A stretch of DNA of 64,000 bases from an uncultured bacterium (lineage in GTDB: Bacteria > Bacillota_I > Bacilli_A > RFN20 > CAG-826): the NCBI GenBank assembly GCA_949297275.1, contig CASFQR010000002.1:3202-67201 (forward strand). Reading direction: 5' to 3'. The notes under the pieces were generated by a model, which did not search any database, was not told where the DNA came from, and saw only the letters and a list, made by a program, of their open reading frames with translations. This document shows positions 1 to 8,753 of this stretch, piece by piece (the stretch's first letter is position 1; each line of letters opens with the position of its first letter). Position numbers and translations under genes: made by a program.

Positions 1-357
1 ACTTATATTGAAAATGGTAAATCAACCAAAGAAGAAATTATCGCTAGTACAAAACTAGGTTTGTACACGGTTGGTTTTAATGGCGGATCTGTTAATCCTT
101 CTACTGGTGAGTTTAATTTTGGTTGTAGTGAAGCTTATATTATTCGCGATGGTCGAATTTGTGAGCCAGTTAAAGGCGCAACATTAATTGGTAAAGGTAG
201 TGATATCTTAAAACAAATTGATATGGTTGGGAATGATTTAGAACTAGGATCAGGAATGTGTGGGGCAAGTAGTGGCTCAATCCGCGTGAATGTTGGTCAG
301 CCCACTATCCGTTTAAGAAATGTTACCGTCGGTGGTAGAGGAGGAGAACTTAAATAA
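1..357 (+). CDS. tldD: TldD-family metalloprotease, C-terminal fragment (gene starts upstream of the window)
   Basis: Frame 1 is open from base 1. The C-terminus GSGMCGASSGSIRVNVGQPTIRLRNVTVGG looks like the conserved TldD/PmbA C-terminal motif. A PmbA-like paralog follows directly. Confidence 0.8.
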   Translation, partial: TYIENGKSTKEEIIASTKLGLYTVGFNGGSVNPSTGEFNFGCSEAYIIRDGRICEPVKGATLIGKGSDILKQIDMVGNDLELGSGMCGASSGSIRVNVGQPTIRLRNVTVGGRGGELK

Positions 358-1680
358 ATGAAATACGATAAATTTTTTGAAATAGCTAAACTCCATGGTT
401 TAGAAGCTTGTGAATTAAATATTTCTAAAGTGGAAAATCTAAATTTTTCTTATTTCCATGGTGAATTAGATAAGTTTGAATCTAGTGGTACCTTAGCAGT
501 TTTAGCTCGGGGAATTATTAATGGTAAGATGGGAGCGGCTTCCGCTAATTATTATGATAGTAAAATGGCTGAGACTTTAGTTAATAATATTATTGAAAAC
601 GCTAAATTAATTGAAAGCGATGAACCTGCAATTATCTTTGCTGGCAGTCAAAAATATCATCGCGTCAATACTTTTAATAAAGAACTTAGCAAAATTTCTT
701 TAGATCTTAAAAAAGCTAAAATGTTAGCGTTAGAAAACAAAATTCGTCAATTAGATCAACGCATTATTGAAGTTGAAGGTGTTGAATATAGTGAAGAAGT
801 CTTTGAACGCTTTATTTATAATTCCGAAGGCTTAAAACTTCATCGTAAAAGAAATAACTATAGTGTTTTTGCTAGTGCCTTAGCTAGTGAGAATAATCAA
901 GTAAAAAGTGATTTTGTCGGTTTTGTTGATAATGATTTTTCCAAAATTGATATTGATAAATTAGCGACCACCTTAGTGAATAAATGTGTCAGTAAACTTA
1001 ATCCAAAAGATGCGATTACGAAATCTTATAAAGCTATAATGTCTAAAGATGTTATGGCAACGCTTGTTGATGTTTTAGTTAGTTATGCTTCTAGCGAAGA
1101 TGTTCAAAAACATTCTTCCTTATTTGAAGGCAAATTAGGTACGCAGATTGTTAATAAAAAAGTTAGTATTTCTGATATGCCACTTCTTAAAACTGTTTAT
1201 AGTACCAGTTTTGATGATGAAGGGGTGGCTACGCGCAATTTTGACATTATTAAAAATGGTGTTTTAAAGAATTATTTATACAATTTAAGAACGGCTAAAA
1301 TTGATAATGTCGAATCGACTGGTAATGGTGTAAGCGCGGGTAGTAGAGTTGCAATAGCCCCGAATTTTATTGTGATGAAAAAAGGCAAATTAACTTTAGA
1401 AGAATTATTTAAGAAAATGGATCATGGTGTTTATATTACTGGCGTTCAAGGTTTACATGCTGGACTCAATCGTCAAAGTGGTAATTTCTCTTTGCAGGCT
1501 AGTGGCTATAAAATCGAAAATGGTCAAATTGCTTATCCCTTTGACATCTTTACCATCAGCGGTAATATTTTAGACATCTTTAATGATATTCGTTATATTG
1601 CTAACGATAATGAATTAAATATTTATGGGTGCATGGTTCCATCTGTTTTAATTAAAAAACTTAATATTGCTGGTAAATAA
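358..1680 (+). CDS. pmbA: PmbA/TldE-family protease partner
   Basis: 440 aa. The start abuts the tldD stop (TAAATG). C-terminal GNFSLQASGYKIENGQI and length fit the TldD/PmbA family. Confidence 0.75.
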   Translation: MKYDKFFEIAKLHGLEACELNISKVENLNFSYFHGELDKFESSGTLAVLARGIINGKMGAASANYYDSKMAETLVNNIIENAKLIESDEPAIIFAGSQKYHRVNTFNKELSKISLDLKKAKMLALENKIRQLDQRIIEVEGVEYSEEVFERFIYNSEGLKLHRKRNNYSVFASALASENNQVKSDFVGFVDNDFSKIDIDKLATTLVNKCVSKLNPKDAITKSYKAIMSKDVMATLVDVLVSYASSEDVQKHSSLFEGKLGTQIVNKKVSISDMPLLKTVYSTSFDDEGVATRNFDIIKNGVLKNYLYNLRTAKIDNVESTGNGVSAGSRVAIAPNFIVMKKGKLTLEELFKKMDHGVYITGVQGLHAGLNRQSGNFSLQASGYKIENGQIAYPFDIFTISGNILDIFNDIRYIANDNELNIYGCMVPSVLIKKLNIAGK

Positions 1681-1701
1681 TCCGCAAAAACCAATTATTT
1701 T

Positions 1702-2904
1702 ATGAAAATTTTGATTGTAACCCAATATTATTATCCGGAGCGATTTTCGACTCATGATGTCGCTAGGGAATTATATAATCGCGGTCATCAGGTTACAGTG
1801 ATTACTGGCAAACCTAATTATGGTTACAATCGGATATTAGAAAATTATAAGCATGTTTATTATGAAATTATTGATGGCGTTAAAGTTCATCGCATCAATT
1901 TAATTCCGCGAAAAGATTCCCATTTTGTCGTTTCGCTTAATTATTTATCTTTTTATTTTAATGCTCGTAGATTTATTCGTCGCTTTAAAGAAGAATTTGA
2001 TATTGTTTTATCATTTTCTCTTTCGCCGATTATTTCAATTTCGCCAGCGATTATTTATGCCAAAAAACATCAGGTGCCACATCTATTATATGTGATGGAT
2101 CTTTGGCCTGAATCAACGGTTGTTACAGGGGCAATTAAAATGAATTCGTTGCTTTATAAAATTCTTTTTAAATGGTCGAAATCTTTATATAGTGAGTGTG
2201 ATAAATTATTAATTTCTTCCCCCTCTTTTAAAGATTATTTTTTAAATGTTTTAGATTTAAAAAAACCCTTTGTCTATATTAATCAACCGACAATCGTTAA
2301 TTCTAAACCCTTAACGCCGATCACTTATCAACATAAATATAATTTTGTTTATGCAGGAAATTTTGGAACTTTACAACTTGTGGATTTATTAGTAAGAGCT
2401 TTTGTCCATTTAAAAAACAAAGACATTGCTTTGCACTTAATGGGAATGGGCCCTAAATTAAAATTAACTTTGGATTTAATAAAATCTTTAGGGCTAGAAG
2501 ATCAAGTCTTTTATCATGGGATGTTGCCACTAAGTGAGGCGGAAAGATATTTTGTTAATTCTGACGGCTTAATTGTTTCTTTAAAAGATAATCTGGCTAG
2601 TTATGTCGCTAAAACGATTCCAAATAAAGCCACCCAATATCTTTCTTATGGCAAACCAATCATCGCAATTATTAAGGGCGACGCGAAAGAATTATTAACG
2701 AAAAGTGGTGGAGCAATTTTTGCTAACGAGGATGAAAATGATATCGCTACGCAAATTAAAAATTTCATTAATTTAGATAATGATATACGCTTAAAAATGG
2801 GGTCGTTGAATAAAGCCTATTATGATCAATACTTATCTTTAGATAAGATTATTGATTTATTTGAACAAGAATTAATTAAGACCAAGAAAGAATTTATTTC
2901 TTAA
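1702..2904 (+). CDS. GT4-family glycosyltransferase (WcaI/WbuB-like)
   Basis: 400 aa. The N-terminus MKILIVTQYYYPERFSTHDVARELYNRGHQVTVITGKPNY is typical of WcaI/WbuB-type GT-B enzymes. Confidence 0.8.
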   Translation: MKILIVTQYYYPERFSTHDVARELYNRGHQVTVITGKPNYGYNRILENYKHVYYEIIDGVKVHRINLIPRKDSHFVVSLNYLSFYFNARRFIRRFKEEFDIVLSFSLSPIISISPAIIYAKKHQVPHLLYVMDLWPESTVVTGAIKMNSLLYKILFKWSKSLYSECDKLLISSPSFKDYFLNVLDLKKPFVYINQPTIVNSKPLTPITYQHKYNFVYAGNFGTLQLVDLLVRAFVHLKNKDIALHLMGMGPKLKLTLDLIKSLGLEDQVFYHGMLPLSEAERYFVNSDGLIVSLKDNLASYVAKTIPNKATQYLSYGKPIIAIIKGDAKELLTKSGGAIFANEDENDIATQIKNFINLDNDIRLKMGSLNKAYYDQYLSLDKIIDLFEQELIKTKKEFIS

Positions 2905-4057
2905 TTTTCTTTAAAAAGGTATCTAAAGCTTTAGATTGCGTTTCTACTCCAAAGAGTTTTAAAACTTTTTCTTTCGCCGCGCTTGACATTTCTTTCTTTT
3001 TATTTTCACTTAATTTACTAAAAGCAATTAAGCCATCGATAATATCGTCTTTAGTATCGCCTTTTAGCCAAAGAACTTCATCTAAAAATAATTCTTGCAG
3101 TCGACTATTAGGAGTCGACATTACTAAGGCACCACTAGATAAATATTCAATCATCTTGCTCGGGATTGATTCTTTATCTAATTTTTCATTATATGGTCGT
3201 GGATTAATATTTAAAGATGCATGGGCTTCAAATTTTTGAATAGTTTGGCGATCAATTTGCGATAAATATAACACGCGCGTATCGATATTTTCCGTGTAAT
3301 AATATATATAAGATTTTAATTCGCCATCGCCAGCAATCACCATCTTATAAGGAATACCTAATTCGCGATAGGCTTCTAGCATATTTTTAATGCCATATCG
3401 TTCATAAAGCGCACCACCAAAGAAGAGATAATTATTTAAAACGCCTTTTTCTTTTTGATTAAAATTTAAGGCGATGCCTTCTAATAAATAAGAAGGTCGA
3501 CGATGAATATTAAATAAATCATTTAATCTTTCGGTTAAAGAAATATAACCATCAAATAAAGGAATATATTTCTTAAATGTTTTGATATAGCGATGTTTAA
3601 CATTGCTTAAGTTTTCGGGGTTATCACTTAAAATTGCAATGACTTTTTTGCCATATCTTTTTCTTAGTAAGATTGCTGTTTTCTCTAATGGTATTCTTAA
3701 TGGATCAACAATCATTACAAAATCGCGCATTTTTTGTTTGGAGATATAGTTCTTAACAAAAGTATAAACATATTTAGTTTCTTTGAATGCTTTATAAAGT
3801 TTATTTGCGGAAACTTTTGGGTAAAGATAAGTGACATTATCTTTTACTTCGATTTTTTCTTCTAAAGATGTTTCATCAAACATTCCCTTAACAAATGGTC
3901 TTAAAGAGATCACAGTCACCTTATGATTAATTTTTAAACATTCTAAAAGTTTAAAATAAAAATTCTGATTAGAAGGATTAGGTTTAATTTTTGCTTCTAA
4001 AGTGTATTTATTAAAATAATTTTCTTCCATGAAGGAAGTTAGAAGAATAATGTTCAT
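2894..4057 (-). CDS. GT-B fold glycosyltransferase (GT1/GT4-like)
   Basis: 387 aa. The C-terminal half carries the EX7E-like region (NINPRPYNEKLDKESIPSKMIEYLSSG). It overlaps the upstream GT by 4 nt (ATGA). Confidence 0.7.
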   Translation of the reverse strand: MNIILLTSFMEENYFNKYTLEAKIKPNPSNQNFYFKLLECLKINHKVTVISLRPFVKGMFDETSLEEKIEVKDNVTYLYPKVSANKLYKAFKETKYVYTFVKNYISKQKMRDFVMIVDPLRIPLEKTAILLRKRYGKKVIAILSDNPENLSNVKHRYIKTFKKYIPLFDGYISLTERLNDLFNIHRRPSYLLEGIALNFNQKEKGVLNNYLFFGGALYERYGIKNMLEAYRELGIPYKMVIAGDGELKSYIYYYTENIDTRVLYLSQIDRQTIQKFEAHASLNINPRPYNEKLDKESIPSKMIEYLSSGALVMSTPNSRLQELFLDEVLWLKGDTKDDIIDGLIAFSKLSENKKKEMSSAAKEKVLKLFGVETQSKALDTFLKKIKK

Positions 4058-5154
4058 TTTTTTAATATGTCTTTAAATTGATTAATGTTTGTTTTAACAG
4101 TATTTTCGATTGTTAAATCTTTAATACTTTCTAACGCTTCAATGCGCTTGATAGATTGTATACCTAATTTAATTTTTTGCAAATATTCTTTCGGATCATT
4201 GTTCTTAATTATATAACCATTATAACCATCCTTAATGATTTCAATAGCTGCGTTTGCGTTATCGCTAGAAATCACCATTACCCCTTGAGAAAGCGCTTCA
4301 ATTACTACATGGCCATAAATATCATATTTAGTTGGAAAAAGAAAAATATCAGCTATTTTTAAATATGCAAAAACTTCGCGTTTTGGTAAAAATCCCCGCA
4401 AAAGGACATTATTTAATGCTTTTTCTTTAATTATTTTTTCTAAGTGATGTTTATTTTTACCATCGCCAATAATTATTAAATAGTAGTCATCGCCTAACTT
4501 TTCTATTACCTCTAAAAGGACTTCAAAATTTTTTCGTTTATTTAATTCGCCCACACTAATGAGGATGTGTTTATTTAAGGGGACGAGAAGTTTTTCTTTT
4601 AATGCGTTTTTTGTTATCTCTAATAATGGCTTAGCTAAAATATCAGCTTCTTTAATCGAGGAATAAGGATATAAATAAATATTTTCTTCTTTAGCCCCAT
4701 AATGAATTAAATATTCTTTAGATTTAATTGTTGGGGCAAAGAAATGTTCAGCGTGACTAATAAAATATTTTTTTAGACGATATTTTAATTTGTTTTCTTG
4801 CTTAGGAATGATGCCACCATTGATATAGAGTTGATAGGGTATTTGATGTTTAATCATGTATCTAATTGCTAGCATTTCGGAAAAATTAGAGTACCCATTC
4901 ATAATAATCAAATCATAATGATGTTTTTTTAAATGCTTTTTAATGCCATTAGACAGATGATTCTCTTGTCCAATATTAAGGCCTTTGATCTTTATTAGTT
5001 TAAAATGATATTGATTATCTTGATAAAAAGCCTCATTACGGTTAGTTGCTTTCATTCTTTCAATGATGACTGTTAAATCAACCTCTTTACTTAATTGATT
5101 AAAATATTCAATCTTATAAGGGGCCGGATGATTAAAAACAAATAAGAATTTCAT
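4054..5154 (-). CDS. GT4-family glycosyltransferase
   Basis: Carries the FLFPTKYDIYGHVVIEALSQGVMVISS motif (E-x7-E region). The ORF track starts at 5163. I prefer ATG 5154 (MKFLFVFNHP) because a TATAAT box covers 5167-5162. Confidence 0.75.
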   Translation of the reverse strand: MKFLFVFNHPAPYKIEYFNQLSKEVDLTVIIERMKATNRNEAFYQDNQYHFKLIKIKGLNIGQENHLSNGIKKHLKKHHYDLIIMNGYSNFSEMLAIRYMIKHQIPYQLYINGGIIPKQENKLKYRLKKYFISHAEHFFAPTIKSKEYLIHYGAKEENIYLYPYSSIKEADILAKPLLEITKNALKEKLLVPLNKHILISVGELNKRKNFEVLLEVIEKLGDDYYLIIIGDGKNKHHLEKIIKEKALNNVLLRGFLPKREVFAYLKIADIFLFPTKYDIYGHVVIEALSQGVMVISSDNANAAIEIIKDGYNGYIIKNNDPKEYLQKIKLGIQSIKRIEALESIKDLTIENTVKTNINQFKDILKK

Positions 5155-5161
5155 CGATAGC

Positions 5162-5167
5162 ATTATA
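5162..5167 (-). promoter_or_regulatory. -10 box (TATAAT) 7 nt upstream of ATG 5154; candidate leaderless promoter
   Basis: The minus strand reads TATAAT, then 7 nt (gctatcg), then ATG. No SD. Confidence 0.45.
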
Positions 5168-5184
5168 CATTATTTTTGTGCCTT

Positions 5185-5193
5185 TGCTATAAT
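5185..5193 (+). promoter_or_regulatory. Extended -10 (TGcTATAAT) 7 nt upstream of the ung ATG; candidate leaderless promoter
   Basis: Sequence is tttgcTATAATgggctagATG. There is no purine-rich SD between box and start. Confidence 0.5.
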
Positions 5194-5200
5194 GGGCTAG

Positions 5201-5896
5201 ATGAAAGAACAACTTGATTTATTATTTATAGGAACAGAAATTAATCATGATTTTTTTAAATCTGTTAAAGCACATGATTATTTTATGCCAATGATTAATT
5301 TTATTATTAATGAGCATCAGCAACATATTGTTTATCCTCCTTTAAATCATGTCCTTGAAGCTTTTAAATACTTTCCTCTTACGCAGACAAAAATAGTTAT
5401 TATTGGTCAAGATCCCTATCACGGGGAAGGGGAAGCAAATGGCTTATGTTTTTCTGTTAATCGCGGGATTAAATTGCCGCCCTCTTTAATAAATATTTAT
5501 CGCGAGATTGGTAATGAATATCAGATAGTAGTTAATCAAGATGGTGATTTATCATATCTTGCTAGGCAGGGTGTCTTACTTTTAAATGTTTATTTAACAG
5601 TTAAAAAAGATCAACCCTTATCGCACGCCTTTTCTTTTTATGAAGCGTTTATGCATGATGTGATTGCTTATTTAGAGAAATGCGATACCCCAATTGTCTA
5701 TATGCTTTGGGGTTCATTTGCTAAAAGATTCATTAAGGACATAACTAATCAAAATCACTATATTGTTACAACTACTCATCCTTCCCCTTTAAGTGCAAAT
5801 CGTGGTGGGTGGTTTAATCAAAAACAATTTCTTAAAGCGAACGAATATTTAATTAAGCAAAATATCTCTCCTATTAAATGGTTTAAGGACAATTAA
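5201..5896 (+). CDS. ung: Uracil-DNA glycosylase
   Basis: Family-1 UDG motifs are present: GQDPYHGEGEANGLCFSV (water-activating loop) and HPSPLSANRGGW (Leu intercalation loop). Confidence 0.95.
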   Translation: MKEQLDLLFIGTEINHDFFKSVKAHDYFMPMINFIINEHQQHIVYPPLNHVLEAFKYFPLTQTKIVIIGQDPYHGEGEANGLCFSVNRGIKLPPSLINIYREIGNEYQIVVNQDGDLSYLARQGVLLLNVYLTVKKDQPLSHAFSFYEAFMHDVIAYLEKCDTPIVYMLWGSFAKRFIKDITNQNHYIVTTTHPSPLSANRGGWFNQKQFLKANEYLIKQNISPIKWFKDN

Positions 5897-5902
5897 TTGT
5901 CA

Positions 5903-5930
5903 TTGCAGTTATTAAAAATAAATTTATAAT
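5903..5930 (+). promoter_or_regulatory. Sigma-70-type promoter for the thiamine riboswitch transcript
   Basis: TTGCAG (5903-5908), a 16-nt spacer, then TATAAT (5925-5930), just upstream of the aptamer. Confidence 0.45.
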
Positions 5931-5935
5931 AAATT

Positions 5936-6047
5936 TTTGGGAGCTGAGTAATCGGCTGAGATACTTGTAGTAACAAGTGAACCATACCTGATCTAGGTAA
6001 TGCTAGCGGAGGGAATTTGTTTTTAAATTAGCCCTCCTATTGGAGGA
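5936..6047 (+). promoter_or_regulatory. TPP (THI-box) riboswitch with an SD-sequestering expression platform
   Basis: GGGAGC..GGCUGAGA..ACCUGAUCUAGGUAAUGCUAGCGGAGGGAA matches the conserved THI-box cores (CUGAGA and ACCUGAUCUGGAUAAUGCCAGCG). Downstream, CCCUCC (6032-6037) can pair with either GGAGGG (6008-6013) or the SD GGAGG (6042-6046). Confidence 0.9.
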
Positions 6048-6053
6048 TTTTTT

Positions 6054-7022
6054 ATGAAAGAGAAGATTAATTTTGCTTTTAAAATCATTGCGATTATTAT
6101 TGGCTATTTAGGTGCGCTTTTATTTGTCATCCCAATTTTAAAAATTGGCGATATAAATGTTTTTGGTTATGAAATCACTTTAGCCCCAATCAATTTTAGT
6201 TTCTCAATAATGACTTTTTTAATTTTGTTATTAGCCCCAATCGGAGCGACCCTTTTGTTTTTTGAAAATAAAATTAAAAATATCTCTTTAATCACCCTAT
6301 TGCTTTATTTTTTAGGTGTGATTATGCTTGCGACTTTACCTAATTTTGCCTCTTTGTTTAATAATGAAGAAATTAATTTTTCTTTACATTATCTCGTAAT
6401 TATTTATTGTGTTTTCCTTGGATTAGCGACTTTAATTATTTTTTATTTGTTAAATAACAATAACCAATATAGTGTCTATGAAATTGTTGAAAGTGCGATG
6501 TTAATCGCTTTAGCAGTGGGTTTAGATTTTGATGGCTTAAAAATTACTTTAGGAGCAAGTGGTGGTTCAATTTCTTTTACTACCATTCCTTTAGCAATTT
6601 TAGCCTTGCGACAAGGACCAGTAAAAGGCTTTTTAGGTATTGGTGTTATCTATGGCTTAATTACTTGTATTCTTGATGGCTGGGGCTTATATACTTTCCC
6701 CTTTGATTATTTATTAGCCTATGGCTCTTTAGCGGTCTTTGGTTTCTTTAAAAAGTTAATTGTTCGTGACGACGCTAAATATAATTGGAAGAGTATTGTC
6801 TTTATTGTTGTGGCTTCAATTATTGGTAGTTCCCTTAGATGGTTATTTGCCTCCATCAGTGGTCTTATCTTATATGAAACACCATTTGTGGAATCTTTAA
6901 TTTATAATGCTATTTATGTTTTACCTAGTGGGGCAATTATGCTTGTTCTTCTTATTGCCTTATATAAACCGATTTGTCTTATTGACCGTCTATTTAATAA
7001 GAAAGCCGTTAGCAATATCTAA
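6054..7022 (+). CDS. thiT: ThiT-like thiamine ECF S-component with an N-terminal extension of about 140 aa and 4 TM segments
   Basis: It sits directly behind the TPP riboswitch. The C-terminal ~180 aa (GGSISFTTIPLAILALRQGPVKGFLGIGVIYGLI...) resembles ThiT/YuaJ. Confidence 0.75.
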   Translation: MKEKINFAFKIIAIIIGYLGALLFVIPILKIGDINVFGYEITLAPINFSFSIMTFLILLLAPIGATLLFFENKIKNISLITLLLYFLGVIMLATLPNFASLFNNEEINFSLHYLVIIYCVFLGLATLIIFYLLNNNNQYSVYEIVESAMLIALAVGLDFDGLKITLGASGGSISFTTIPLAILALRQGPVKGFLGIGVIYGLITCILDGWGLYTFPFDYLLAYGSLAVFGFFKKLIVRDDAKYNWKSIVFIVVASIIGSSLRWLFASISGLILYETPFVESLIYNAIYVLPSGAIMLVLLIALYKPICLIDRLFNKKAVSNI

Positions 7023-7027
7023 GAATT

Positions 7028-7046
7028 AAAAACAATAATTGTTTTT
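7028..7046 (+). terminator. Weak AT-rich hairpin plus T-run after thiT
   Basis: aaaaaca-ataat-tgttttt followed by tt. Confidence 0.3.
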
Positions 7047-7098
7047 TTCGTTATTATTAGGCACTATAATATTTTAAGTTAATCAAAGAGGATTATTT

Positions 7099-8190
7099 AT
7101 GCTAGTTAATGAAGAAAAAAATATCAATGAAGTAGAAGATAATAACCAAGAAGCAGTGGTGGATAATACCCCTACATCATCAGAAGTAGATGAAGACACT
7201 AATAGGAACGATAAAATTACCGATCAATTAAGTGAAACTGTTTCTGAAGATTTTAAAGTTAAAGAAGAAAAAGATGAAGTAGAAGAGGAAGAACCACCTT
7301 TACCAATCGATAGTGATTTCCTAATTGAATTTGAAAATTATCGCAAGAAATTTCTTAAATTTTATAAAATTCAACGATATTTGCAGTGGGGGGTTGCGGC
7401 TATTGCACTTGTCATCGTTATTTTAGCTTGGATTGGTGCTGGTTTTTGGGGTTTTGGTTTGCCGGTAATAATTTCAATGATTGTATCATCATTAGGAATC
7501 TTTATAGTTTATTCGATTATTATGCGTGTCATTTTAAATAAAAAGATGAAAAAATATTTCGTCACATATTATGATTTAACATATAAATATATTACTGAAG
7601 GCTATACTTATGATGATTTTCAAGTTGATGCCCATAAAAAGATTGAAAATGTCGATTTTTTAGAAAGTGATGTTTATCAAAATATTGTGAATGTTGGTTC
7701 GCGCGCTCTTGCATCTTTTAAATACGATGATTTACCGATCTTTATGTGTGATGCGGCTGGTTCAGTTAAATATGAAAAACGCCTAATTCCAGTTTTTGTT
7801 GGGAAATATTTTCGCGCGCCGGCAAGCTATGATTTAGAGAGCAAAACAATCATTTATTTAAAGGGCGACGCTCGTGCAATTCCTCCAACCAAAGTCGATG
7901 ATTTAAATGTCTCTTATGAAGATGAGAGAATGATTATTTATTCTAGCGATAAAAATTATCAAAAATTCTTTAATACTAAATGTAAAAAAACCTTCTTAGA
8001 GCTTAAACCTAATAAAGATTTAATCGATGCTTTTGTTTGTTTAAAAAATGGCAAATTATACGCTGGTTTAGGCTATGATGATTCATTAATGGTCTTGCCC
8101 TTACAAAATCCTATTGAAGTGCGACCATTAAAACAATTTAAGCATGACATTGATGTTATGCTCCGCCTCATACGATTATTAAATAAATAA
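7099..8190 (+). CDS. Hypothetical membrane protein (acidic N-terminus, 2 TM, ~200-aa C-terminal domain)
   Basis: 363-aa ORF with an SD (aaagagga). It has a D/E-rich N-terminus and two hydrophobic helices. I do not recognise the family. Confidence 0.6.
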   Translation: MLVNEEKNINEVEDNNQEAVVDNTPTSSEVDEDTNRNDKITDQLSETVSEDFKVKEEKDEVEEEEPPLPIDSDFLIEFENYRKKFLKFYKIQRYLQWGVAAIALVIVILAWIGAGFWGFGLPVIISMIVSSLGIFIVYSIIMRVILNKKMKKYFVTYYDLTYKYITEGYTYDDFQVDAHKKIENVDFLESDVYQNIVNVGSRALASFKYDDLPIFMCDAAGSVKYEKRLIPVFVGKYFRAPASYDLESKTIIYLKGDARAIPPTKVDDLNVSYEDERMIIYSSDKNYQKFFNTKCKKTFLELKPNKDLIDAFVCLKNGKLYAGLGYDDSLMVLPLQNPIEVRPLKQFKHDIDVMLRLIRLLNK

Positions 8191-8715
8191 ATGAAAGATC
8201 TTACTGGTGAATGGGTTAGAATTAAAGCGTTTAAACACGATGGCACTTTCCATCGTCTTTGGTCGCATAATTATGTTGTTTTAGATGATGAACAATATTA
8301 TGTTTTAGCGTCTAGCCGCTCTTATGTTATTGAAAGTAATGGTCGGCGTTGGCACACCAAAGAACCATCCGTATTTATCTTTTCTAAAAAAGAGTGGTTT
8401 AATGTCATCGCAATGTTTAAAAAAGATGGAACGATTACCTATTATGTTAATATCGCTTCGCCATCAATTTATGATCAAGGCTTTGTTAAATTTGTTGATT
8501 ATGATTTAGATATAAAATTGTTTGGTGATGGTTCAACGCGATTATTAGATGTTGGCGAATATAAAAGACACGCGAAAATGTTAGGCTATAATGAAGATAT
8601 TCGTAATATTTTAACTAACGCGGTTGGCCATGTTTATGAACTAATTAAAAATCATGTTTTTCCTTTTGATGATAATAAAATTCGTCAATACTTTCGCAAG
8701 TTTGAAAAAGATTAA
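8191..8715 (+). CDS. DUF402-family nucleoside tri/diphosphatase (Ntdp/YgaC-like)
   Basis: 174 aa. The pattern IKAFKHDGTFHRLW...YYVNIASP...DYDLDIK fits the DUF402/UPF0374 family. Confidence 0.7.
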   Translation: MKDLTGEWVRIKAFKHDGTFHRLWSHNYVVLDDEQYYVLASSRSYVIESNGRRWHTKEPSVFIFSKKEWFNVIAMFKKDGTITYYVNIASPSIYDQGFVKFVDYDLDIKLFGDGSTRLLDVGEYKRHAKMLGYNEDIRNILTNAVGHVYELIKNHVFPFDDNKIRQYFRKFEKD

Positions 8716-8753
8716 ATATTAGTCTTTTGCGGCTATTTTTTTCTAAAAGTCCA

